Virus record (IMG/VR): IMGVR_UViG_3300003430_000040
Coordinates: 1 to 32,467 of that record
Length of the DNA stretch: 32,467 bases
Strand: one strand, 5' to 3'
Source: a virus
Taxonomy: Duplodnaviria > Caudoviricetes
Part shown: positions 20,525 through 26,948 of the stretch, one piece after another
Position numbering within the stretch: the stretch's first letter is position 1
Layout: the number at the start of each line of letters is the position of its first letter
Notes under the pieces: model-generated
The model's input: the letters and a program-made list of their open reading frames with translations, nothing else
The model's database searches: none
What the model was told of the DNA's origin: nothing
Program-made: the position numbers and the translations under genes

Positions 20525-20956
20525 ATGGACATCAAGTGGTCGCCCTATGTAGTACCTGTGGATCACATTGAGATGCCCAAGGATGAATTTGGGGAGTTCT
20601 TCTTTTATCCTACTCCTAGAGTAACCCTGTCTAAGGATCTTAGGGGTATACCCTATTACTCTTCTCTAGTACATGAACTACTGGAGATGATCAATGCTGC
20701 CTATGAACTAGGGTTATCGGAGACTAAGATCAGGATTTTGGAGACTAGCCTGATGCAGTTGATGTGTCAGAACCCAGAGATCTTGACCAGTCTAGGAATG
20801 GCTTTACAGGGCCCGGGGACTCAAGACCGACCGAAGGTACCCCCGAGTGTCTCGGAGCCGTCTAATAGCCTCCTAGAGGCTTTAAACGAGTGCTGGAAGA
20901 CGGCCAAGGTTGGAGATCAGGTGTTGTGGGATCGAAAGTGCTACAGAAGTGAATAA
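20525..20956 (+). CDS. Hypothetical protein, zincin-like with degenerate motif (HELLE)
   Basis: AGGAG RBS. 'FGEF ... LVHELLE.I....L.LSE..I..LE..L.QL...NP' resembles small phage HExxH proteins. Confidence 0.5.
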   Translation: MDIKWSPYVVPVDHIEMPKDEFGEFFFYPTPRVTLSKDLRGIPYYSSLVHELLEMINAAYELGLSETKIRILETSLMQLMCQNPEILTSLGMALQGPGTQDRPKVPPSVSEPSNSLLEALNECWKTAKVGDQVLWDRKCYRSE

Positions 20957-20990
20957 GTGGGGCAGATTTTGGTAGCCTCTAAATTTGGGG

Positions 20991-21046
20991 AAAAAATCTG
21001 AGAGGCTTTAATTGATTTACAGCCAGCCCATGTCCCCCCATAGGGG
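20991..21046 (+). other. Putative genome-end / terminal-repeat boundary
   Basis: AAAAATCTGAG-N31-CCCCCCATAGGGG lies in the noncoding gap between the late and early modules. It resembles the T7 right-end sequence as I recall it. Confidence 0.6.
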
Positions 21047-21204
21047 TCACGCGGTTCGCCCGTGGGCGTTCACTTGCATCAGGCCGCAGGATTTGAATGA
21101 GTCAAATCGAGGGGATCCGTTGGAGTGACTCAAGGGAACGGGCGTGGGTTGAATGGGTGGGCCTTGGGCCTCTCTCAGTTTCTCCCTCCCCGTTTCATTG
21201 TCCG

Positions 21205-21219
21205 GTCTAAGGCTTAGAC
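21205..21219. repeat. Palindrome copy 1 GTCTAAG-G-CTTAGAC
   Basis: Ends 24 bp upstream of the -35 of P1. Confidence 0.95.
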
Positions 21220-21243
21220 TCCCGAACGCTTCCCGTAGTGGAC

Positions 21244-21272
21244 TTGACATCGCCGACCAGATACCCTAGACT
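21244..21272 (+). promoter_or_regulatory. sigma70-type promoter P1
   Basis: TTGACA-N17-TAGACT. Confidence 0.85.
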
Positions 21273-21343
21273 CCGTGCATGGCCTTGGGGAACGCCCGGA
21301 CTCCCGGACTCCCAAAGCCCGAATCGAATCGAAAGGTAATGCC

Positions 21344-22108
21344 ATGAAGAACGCAACGAAGAACGCTCCCAAGTCTGACGCACTCCGTCCCGAAGTCATC
21401 GCTTCAATTGGCACAATTCCGACCTATGTCGCTCCCAAGATTCCGGCCAAGGTCGCGCTCACGGGTCCCGCACTCACGGCTCACTTGGCCTTTCATCGTG
21501 CCGCATTCAATGCAGGTGGTGCCATGCGCGCTCTGATCGCTTCCGCTCTTGCGGCCATCGCGGCCAAGGTCCCGCAAGCCTACGGGCAGGAACCCGAGGC
21601 CTACGCAGCGCGTACCATGATGGCCGCCGGAATGGCCAAGCCCACGGCCTACGCTAGCGTCGCGGCCATGCGTTGCTATCTGGCCGATGCCGCAACGGCG
21701 GCTACCTTGCCTGTAGAAGGTCTCATGCTGATCGGTGCCAAGGCCAAGCGAGAGGCTAATCCGGCCAAGGCGGCCAAGGCCATGATGTCCACGGCTCGGC
21801 GGAATGGTGGCGGGACTAAGGCTTGCAAGGACGCGGCCAAGGGCGATCAGGGGACCGGGGCTAAGGCTCCCGACTACTCACTCTCCGTGGAGCGGGAACG
21901 CTTGGCCGGAATCGTCGCGGCATCGCTCATGGGTTCCGTCGGTGGCGATCCCGAAGTAGCGAAGGCCATCGCCGCACTCCTGCCCAAGGCCATCGACGGT
22001 CTTGCTGAGGCCAAGGCCAAGGCAGACGAAGCGAAGGCCAAGGACGACGGCACCGCGGACCGCATCGCCGAGGCTCGCAAGGCCAAGGCTCAGGGCAAGG
22101 CAGTCTAA
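21344..22108 (+). CDS. First early gene: Ala/Lys-rich protein with HTH-like segment
   Basis: GAAAGG RBS before ATG 21344. Has its own promoter and terminator. Contains the segment AARTMMAAGMAKPTAYASVAAM. Confidence 0.8.
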   Translation: MKNATKNAPKSDALRPEVIASIGTIPTYVAPKIPAKVALTGPALTAHLAFHRAAFNAGGAMRALIASALAAIAAKVPQAYGQEPEAYAARTMMAAGMAKPTAYASVAAMRCYLADAATAATLPVEGLMLIGAKAKREANPAKAAKAMMSTARRNGGGTKACKDAAKGDQGTGAKAPDYSLSVERERLAGIVAASLMGSVGGDPEVAKAIAALLPKAIDGLAEAKAKADEAKAKDDGTADRIAEARKAKAQGKAV

Positions 22109-22117
22109 GCCTTAGAC
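22103..22117. repeat. Palindrome copy 2 GTCTAAG-C-CTTAGAC
   Basis: Contains the TAA stop (22106-22108) of the upstream gene. Confidence 0.95.
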
Positions 22118-22138
22118 TAGACTCCCAAGCCTCACTCG

Positions 22139-22174
22139 ACCCTCGGTCACCTTCGGGTGGCCGGGGGTTTTTTT
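22139..22174 (+). terminator. Intrinsic terminator
   Basis: ACCCTCGGTCACC-TTCG-GGTGGCCGGGGGT followed by a T run. Confidence 0.92.
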
Positions 22175-22429
22175 ATTGCCATCGCGGGGCATTCTCTATC
22201 ATCAACCCGAGCCCAGTTCATTTCGACATCGACCGATTCCATTTCAAGTCGCTATCATCACAGATGTTTATTATCATCAGGCCCGTCCCCATCCCCGCGA
22301 GAGACACGCCGATTCCATTTCAGGTCGAGCCCAGTTCTTACCTTTAGGTAACCTTTGGTTTAGACCCCAGTATCCTTAGATATAGACCTATACAAGATTA
22401 AATATAGATCTGTATAAGTATCAACCTAA

Positions 22430-22444
22430 GTCTAAGACTTAGAC
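22430..22444. repeat. Palindrome copy 3 GTCTAAG-A-CTTAGAC
   Basis: In an AT-rich tract, 53 bp upstream of the -35 of P2. Confidence 0.95.
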
Positions 22445-22497
22445 AACATAAGGTATTCAACCTGTATCCCTATGGTGAATCCAAGATATTTCACCAC

Positions 22498-22526
22498 TTG
22501 ACACCAAATGAACAATCTGTTACCAT
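22498..22526 (+). promoter_or_regulatory. sigma70-type promoter P2
   Basis: TTGACA-N17-TACCAT with extended -10 TG. Confidence 0.85.
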
Positions 22527-22579
22527 TCTCTCAGTCGATATTGCGTCCACACCGTGTGGCGTAACCGACTGAATCCCGA

Positions 22580-22594
22580 GTCTAAGACTTAGAC
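22580..22594. repeat. Palindrome copy 4 GTCTAAG-A-CTTAGAC
   Basis: Between P2 and the GAAAGGA RBS. Extends to the 19-bp palindrome GAGTCTAAGACTTAGACTC. Confidence 0.95.
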
Positions 22595-22616
22595 TCAGAC
22601 CCGAAAGGAAAGCACC

Positions 22617-23216
22617 GTGAAGCACTACCTGTTCGCAAGCCTGACCATCGTGGCCCTGTTCCTCCTGACCGTGTGGGATGCCCCTGCGTGGCTCAACCTT
22701 GGGATCGCTGGGTTGCTCCTGACTCCGCTTGTGTTCCATGTTGACGAACTCAAGAGGCAGATCGAAGTCTTGGAGTGGTCCATCGAAGGATCGGATGAAC
22801 TGGTCTCCGACCTTGAAGCCATGATCGACAGGCGCAATGCCGAGATCAGCGAGTTTCATAAGTCAGGTGTCCGATTCGACGAGTTCCTCAAGGCAGACAA
22901 TGCGCGACTGTCCAAGCAAAACGCAAGTCTGTCCAAGGAGAACAAGGAACTGTTCCATGAGAACAAGACTTTGCGGGACATCGGGTTCCAGTTTGACGAA
23001 CGGTTTCTCAAGGATGCGGAGCGTATTCGTCTTCTTACAGCCCAAAAGGAAGACCTACTGGAAGAAGTGGCTTGTATCAAGAAGAACCTGTACTTCCCCA
23101 AGATCACTCCCCTGACCACGGACGAGCAGCACTTCCACCTAGTCCGCACAGCGGTCGAGGCTCGGCTGAACTGGATGGAGTCCATCCTCACTACTGAACA
23201 GAACCACGCGGTCTAA
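22617..23216 (+). CDS. Early membrane-anchored coiled-coil protein
   Basis: GAAAGGA RBS, GTG start. Two N-terminal hydrophobic segments, then a heptad-rich coil. Confidence 0.7.
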   Translation: MKHYLFASLTIVALFLLTVWDAPAWLNLGIAGLLLTPLVFHVDELKRQIEVLEWSIEGSDELVSDLEAMIDRRNAEISEFHKSGVRFDEFLKADNARLSKQNASLSKENKELFHENKTLRDIGFQFDERFLKDAERIRLLTAQKEDLLEEVACIKKNLYFPKITPLTTDEQHFHLVRTAVEARLNWMESILTTEQNHAV

Positions 23217-23225
23217 GACTTAGAC
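23211..23225. repeat. Palindrome copy 5 GTCTAAG-A-CTTAGAC
   Basis: Contains the TAA stop 23214-23216. Confidence 0.95.
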
Positions 23226-23249
23226 CACACACAACGAAAGGAAAGCAAC

Positions 23250-23621
23250 ATGAAGCAACTCTACATCATTCGCGGCCTTCCCGGTTCAGGCAAGACTACT
23301 CTTGCTCACAAACTGAGTCCCATCGTCTATGAAGCAGACCAGTACTTCGTGCGTTATGGTGTGTACAAGTTTGAGCCCACATTGCTCAAGGAAGCACACG
23401 CATGGTGTCAAGCACAGGTCGTGCAGTCGATGCAGAATGAGGCTCCAGTAATAGCGGTTAGCAACACATCCACACAGAAGTGGGAGTATCAACCGTACAT
23501 CGACTTCGCGCAGCAGTTCGGGTACACGGTCTTCGTGATCGTGTGTCAGAATGACTTCGGCAACATCCATGGAGTGCCGCCCGATGCCATAGAACGGATG
23601 CGCTCCCGTTGGGAGGCTTGA
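23250..23621 (+). CDS. P-loop kinase (AAA_33 / polynucleotide kinase / N4BP2-like)
   Basis: IIRGLPGSGKTT Walker A, plus EADQYF, AHAWCQ, VSNT and HGVP...IERM..RWE. Confidence 0.88.
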   Translation: MKQLYIIRGLPGSGKTTLAHKLSPIVYEADQYFVRYGVYKFEPTLLKEAHAWCQAQVVQSMQNEAPVIAVSNTSTQKWEYQPYIDFAQQFGYTVFVIVCQNDFGNIHGVPPDAIERMRSRWEA

Positions 23622-23646
23622 CACAGGGAATCGTTTCTGTTAGTAT
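23618..23646 (+). promoter_or_regulatory. sigma70-type promoter P3
   Basis: TTGACA-N17-TAGTAT with extended TG. The -35 contains the upstream TGA stop. Confidence 0.88.
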
Positions 23647-23685
23647 TCAGGTGTTGGGAGATGTTCTCTCAACTCAGTTCATCCA

Positions 23686-23700
23686 GTCTAAGTCTTAGAC
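23686..23700. repeat. Palindrome copy 6 GTCTAAG-T-CTTAGAC
   Basis: Between the P3 leader hairpin and the RBS. Confidence 0.95.
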
Positions 23701-23721
23701 TTCCATCGAAAGGAAAGTCAA

Positions 23722-24519
23722 ATGAACCTGACCGTCGTTCAACCCATGGCCCCCAAGTGGGCCGAGATTCGTGAAGCCGCCCAAGTTGCCTACCACTACA
23801 TCGTGGGCGGGGGGTTCAAGCCTGTGTTCCGTGAGTACCCTAGTGGCATCCTGACCGCACCGGGGGCCAACACCAAGTTGTCAAAGTCAGCACCGCTGCC
23901 CATCTGGGGGCTGACCTTGGCCCCTGCCGGACAATCCGGCTACCAGTTGTGCCCATGGCGGTCCAAGGAATGCGAGACTGCGTGTTTGGGCCTGACCGCA
24001 GGCCGATCCCGGTTCAGTAATGTGCAGCAGGCACGGATCAACAAGACCCGGTATCTCATGGAGAAGCCCCTATCGTTCTGGTGTGAGGTCTTGTGGGATC
24101 TGACTGGACGGGCACGGCGTGGTGGGCACTTCGCATTCCGTGGCAATGTCCTGAGTGACATCCCCTACGAGGCTGTGTTCCCCGAGTTGCTCACGCTGCC
24201 CAAGGTCTGCTACGATTATACGAAATCGTTCGCCCGGGCCATGGCTAGCCTTGGGTGGGAACACAACTACAGGCTGACCCTGTCCTATTCAGGACACAAC
24301 GCCATCGAGTGTGCCCAGTTCCTAAATCGGGGCGGCAATGTCGCCATCGTGTTCCCCAAGGGCGATCTGCCCAAGTCATTCAACGGGTACGAGGTCATCG
24401 ACGGTGATGCCTCAGATGCCCGTTGGGCTGACCCATTCGGTGTTGTCGTTGGTCTTCGGGCCAAGGGCAACATCAAGGACTCCGTGTTCGTTGCACGGGG
24501 TGATCGGTTCTCTGTCTAA
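23722..24519 (+). CDS. GP88-like phage protein
   Basis: N.KL.K, L.LAPA..SG..LCP...C...CL...GR, N..SDI, YDYTK, Y.LT.S.S and VIDGD.SD.R..DP.G.VVGL.AKG motifs. Confidence 0.75.
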   Translation: MNLTVVQPMAPKWAEIREAAQVAYHYIVGGGFKPVFREYPSGILTAPGANTKLSKSAPLPIWGLTLAPAGQSGYQLCPWRSKECETACLGLTAGRSRFSNVQQARINKTRYLMEKPLSFWCEVLWDLTGRARRGGHFAFRGNVLSDIPYEAVFPELLTLPKVCYDYTKSFARAMASLGWEHNYRLTLSYSGHNAIECAQFLNRGGNVAIVFPKGDLPKSFNGYEVIDGDASDARWADPFGVVVGLRAKGNIKDSVFVARGDRFSV

Positions 24520-24528
24520 GTCTTAGAC
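24514..24528. repeat. Palindrome copy 7 GTCTAAG-T-CTTAGAC
   Basis: Contains the TAA stop 24517-24519. Confidence 0.95.
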
Positions 24529-24550
24529 TCCAACACGAAAGGAGCCCAAC

Positions 24551-24892
24551 ATGGGCATGGATCAATACCTGTATGCAGCGTCCGACCTCAAGACCGTCCG
24601 CCAGTTGTCGTGGGAGGGACCGTGGTGTCATTATCTGCGGAAGAACTACTGGCTCAATGCACAGATCGAATCCCTGCACCCCGAGTCGTTCATCCAAGAT
24701 CGGTGCCTGTGTTCAACCACAGACATCACGGATGACATCGAAGGCTTGATCGCCACCACCTCCAACGAGTGTTGGGAGCAGTTTCAGGACGGTGGATGCG
24801 AGTACGAAATCGTATATGCCATGGCTGCACTCATGTGGGCCAAGGCACAGGTCGCCAACGGTTGGCGCATCTTCTACACCATGGATTGCTGA
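24551..24892 (+). CDS. Acidic early protein (MG.D.YL ... Y.RK phage family)
   Basis: AAGGAG RBS. The MGMDQYLY / YLRKNYWL / IFY..* pattern occurs in a widespread uncharacterised phage family. Confidence 0.7.
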   Translation: MGMDQYLYAASDLKTVRQLSWEGPWCHYLRKNYWLNAQIESLHPESFIQDRCLCSTTDITDDIEGLIATTSNECWEQFQDGGCEYEIVYAMAALMWAKAQVANGWRIFYTMDC

Positions 24893-24902
24893 AAGGAACA
24901 AC

Positions 24903-25145
24903 ATGACCAACGAGTACAGTTCAGGAACGATTGTGTGGTATCAAGGCCACCCCGGTGTGCGCCTGTGCTTCCCAAACGGCTACGCAATCTCCATCATCTC
25001 TGGCCGCAACAAGGCTTTGCTTGAAGTTGTCGTGATGTACGGTGACGAGTTCGCTGACGATTCGGATCCTGAATATTACACCCCCATTGAAATCGGGGAC
25101 ATCATCAACAAGGTGCGGGATCTTCCCGCAAAGGAGAACCAATGA
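24903..25145 (+). CDS. Small early protein (FPNGY.IS family)
   Basis: GAAAGGA RBS before ATG 24903, which is the likely start rather than 24792. Confidence 0.7.
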   Translation: MTNEYSSGTIVWYQGHPGVRLCFPNGYAISIISGRNKALLEVVVMYGDEFADDSDPEYYTPIEIGDIINKVRDLPAKENQ

Positions 25146-25348
25146 CCAACGGTATCAACAACGCAGAAGTCATCGACCTCACCCCCACTTGGGAAACCGC
25201 TGTTCGCATCTACATTCAAATCCTGCACCCATCTTGCAAGCCCGAGGTGCTGCAAATGGTCACCGAAGATCTGTTGATGTTGGCCCGGTCGCAAGACAAC
25301 GCCATCGAAGCAACCAAGAAGAAGATCGCTGAACTCAAAGCCTCTTGA
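25142..25348 (+). CDS. Small early hypothetical protein
   Basis: AAGGAG RBS, ATGA overlap, 'IDLTPTW..A' motif. Confidence 0.7.
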   Translation: MTNGINNAEVIDLTPTWETAVRIYIQILHPSCKPEVLQMVTEDLLMLARSQDNAIEATKKKIAELKAS

Positions 25349-25373
25349 CACCGTGATTCGTTTCCTGTAGTAT
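25345..25373 (+). promoter_or_regulatory. sigma70-type promoter P4
   Basis: TTGACA-N17-TAGTAT, with a spacer homologous to that of P3. Confidence 0.88.
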
Positions 25374-25417
25374 GTGTCTTGGTGGGGAATGTTTCCTCAC
25401 CACTAGTTCTCAACCCG

Positions 25418-25432
25418 GTCTAAGACTTAGAC
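25418..25432. repeat. Palindrome copy 8 GTCTAAG-A-CTTAGAC
   Basis: Between the P4 leader hairpin and the RBS. Confidence 0.95.
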
Positions 25433-25450
25433 CATCGAAAGGATTGTGAC

Positions 25451-25897
25451 ATGGACCTGTTCATCACTCTGTCGCCCGAAGCCATCGCCAAGATCAAGTC
25501 GCTGACTCCGGCAACTCCCGAGCCGTCCTTGTTCGACAAGTTGTTGGATGCCCCTTCAGCGGAGGATCTGGCCTCCAAGATGGCCGAGCGTGTCTCGTAT
25601 CGTGCAATCGCGGAACACATTGATGTGTCCACTCTTGCCGAGGAGTTCTCTGCCCGTGACATCGCAGAGAGCATGGACCCCGACTACGAACTGCTTGCGT
25701 CATATGTGGACACAGGCGAGATCGCAGCCAACATCGATACGAACGAGTTGGTCGAGCGAATGTTCCGCGACAGCGAGGACGAGATCATCAAGGGCTTGTC
25801 GGAGATCCTGCTCAAGCGCATCATCGACTCGCCGCAGTTCCGCAAGGCACTCTGTGACACCTTCCTTGAGCGTCTGACGCTGGCAATGTCTCACTAA
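25451..25897 (+). CDS. Acidic early protein with ~9-aa repeats
   Basis: GAAAGGA RBS. Repeats of (I/L/M)AE.(I/V/F)(D/S). My count is 30 D/E against 15 K/R. Confidence 0.75.
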   Translation: MDLFITLSPEAIAKIKSLTPATPEPSLFDKLLDAPSAEDLASKMAERVSYRAIAEHIDVSTLAEEFSARDIAESMDPDYELLASYVDTGEIAANIDTNELVERMFRDSEDEIIKGLSEILLKRIIDSPQFRKALCDTFLERLTLAMSH

Positions 25898-25916
25898 CTT
25901 CGCCTCCACAGGTGGG

Positions 25917-25945
25917 CCGCGCATACCTACCACGCGGTTTTCTTT
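25917..25945 (+). terminator. Possible terminator / structured RNA element
   Basis: CCGCG...CGCGG stem followed by TTTTCTTT, with an alternative pairing available (see findings). Confidence 0.45.
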
Positions 25946-25948
25946 GCC

Positions 25949-25977
25949 TTGACATGGCAGACACGATCTGCTAGTAT
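25949..25977 (+). promoter_or_regulatory. sigma70-type promoter P5
   Basis: TTGACA-N17-TAGTAT with extended TG. Confidence 0.88.
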
Positions 25978-25983
25978 TCAGAA

Positions 25984-26181
25984 ATGGAAGCAGAACTCCC
26001 TACATCCTCAACATTCGTTGTTTCAGATGCCATCTCCATGTCGTACATGGGATGGATGACGGGTGATTATCGCCAGTCGTTTGACTGGGCCGTCGTAGTG
26101 TCCGGATTGACGAACAAGTATGCCCTCACAGATGAGGAGCAAGTGTTCATTACCGTTGCCTTGGATCATCCACCAGTCTAA
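25984..26181 (+). CDS. Small acidic early protein, probably leaderless
   Basis: The ATG sits at the expected +1 of P5. The ORF ends in palindrome copy 9. Confidence 0.6.
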   Translation: MEAELPTSSTFVVSDAISMSYMGWMTGDYRQSFDWAVVVSGLTNKYALTDEEQVFITVALDHPPV

Positions 26182-26190
26182 GTCTTAGAC
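26176..26190. repeat. Palindrome copy 9 GTCTAAG-T-CTTAGAC
   Basis: Contains the TAA stop 26179-26181. Confidence 0.95.
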
Positions 26191-26220
26191 TCTATAAACC
26201 ACTCCCCGAAAGGTTCAAAA

Positions 26221-26943
26221 ATGTCAAAGGTTTTCGCAAACATCACCGACCTGTCCCGCATCCCGATGCCTGCTGCAACCCGCACATGGCAACCCGTCAG
26301 CCAAGTGCAGTTGTTCAACACGATGTGCAACGCTGTTCGGGACCGGGGCTTCACGATCACGACCGAGTCGCATCAGATGCACCGCAAGAAGCCTGTGTTC
26401 ATCTCCAAGGTGGAGATCACGGCTCCTCGCCTTCCCGGTCAGCATGAGATGTCATGGAATATCGCGTGTATGCAATCATGGAACAAGACCATCCCAGTCA
26501 AGTTCTTGTTCGGTGGTACGGTCTTCGTCTGCACCAACGGGATGATTGTCGCGGAACACATTCTCTCGACCAAGCACACGACCAATGTGTGGCAGCGTCT
26601 TGAGCCCATGATCGACCACACCATCGACCTCTTTGAGACACAGGTCAACAAGACCTACGGCTTCTACGAGGACATGAAGTTCGTCCGCGGCACCCACACG
26701 ACTCTCTGTGACTTTGCCGTGCGTGTTGCCGCCAAGGACTATCTGCCCAAGACGCAGATCCTTGATCTGGTGCAGGAGGCAGAGAACCCGTCGTTCGACT
26801 ACGGGACCACGGCTGGCTCTGTGTATAACATCCACGCGGCATTCACGCACCTCCTCAAGAAGGCCAACCCACTTGAGGCTCCTTCACGACTCTTGGGCTT
26901 TGAGCGGGAACTCAAGGACCACTACGAGTTGACTACGGTATAA
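26221..26943 (+). CDS. DUF932-like protein
   Basis: GAAAGG RBS. 'P.P..T.TW.PV', 'QSWNKT....F..G..VFVCTNGM', 'KHT' and 'SVYN...AFT..LK' motifs. Confidence 0.75.
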   Translation: MSKVFANITDLSRIPMPAATRTWQPVSQVQLFNTMCNAVRDRGFTITTESHQMHRKKPVFISKVEITAPRLPGQHEMSWNIACMQSWNKTIPVKFLFGGTVFVCTNGMIVAEHILSTKHTTNVWQRLEPMIDHTIDLFETQVNKTYGFYEDMKFVRGTHTTLCDFAVRVAAKDYLPKTQILDLVQEAENPSFDYGTTAGSVYNIHAAFTHLLKKANPLEAPSRLLGFERELKDHYELTTV

Positions 26944-26948
26944 TGCCG

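Noticed and set aside
20625-20647. Degenerate palindrome-like GTCTAAG-GAT-CTTAGG (and TCTAAGGACTTA near 12679)
   Set aside because: Wrong spacer length and mismatched arms. The second is explained by an RBS. Not counted as copies.
22157-22379. Short ORFs 22157-22351 and 22176-22379
   Set aside because: They start within or just after a terminator, have no RBS and translate repeat DNA. Treated as noncoding.
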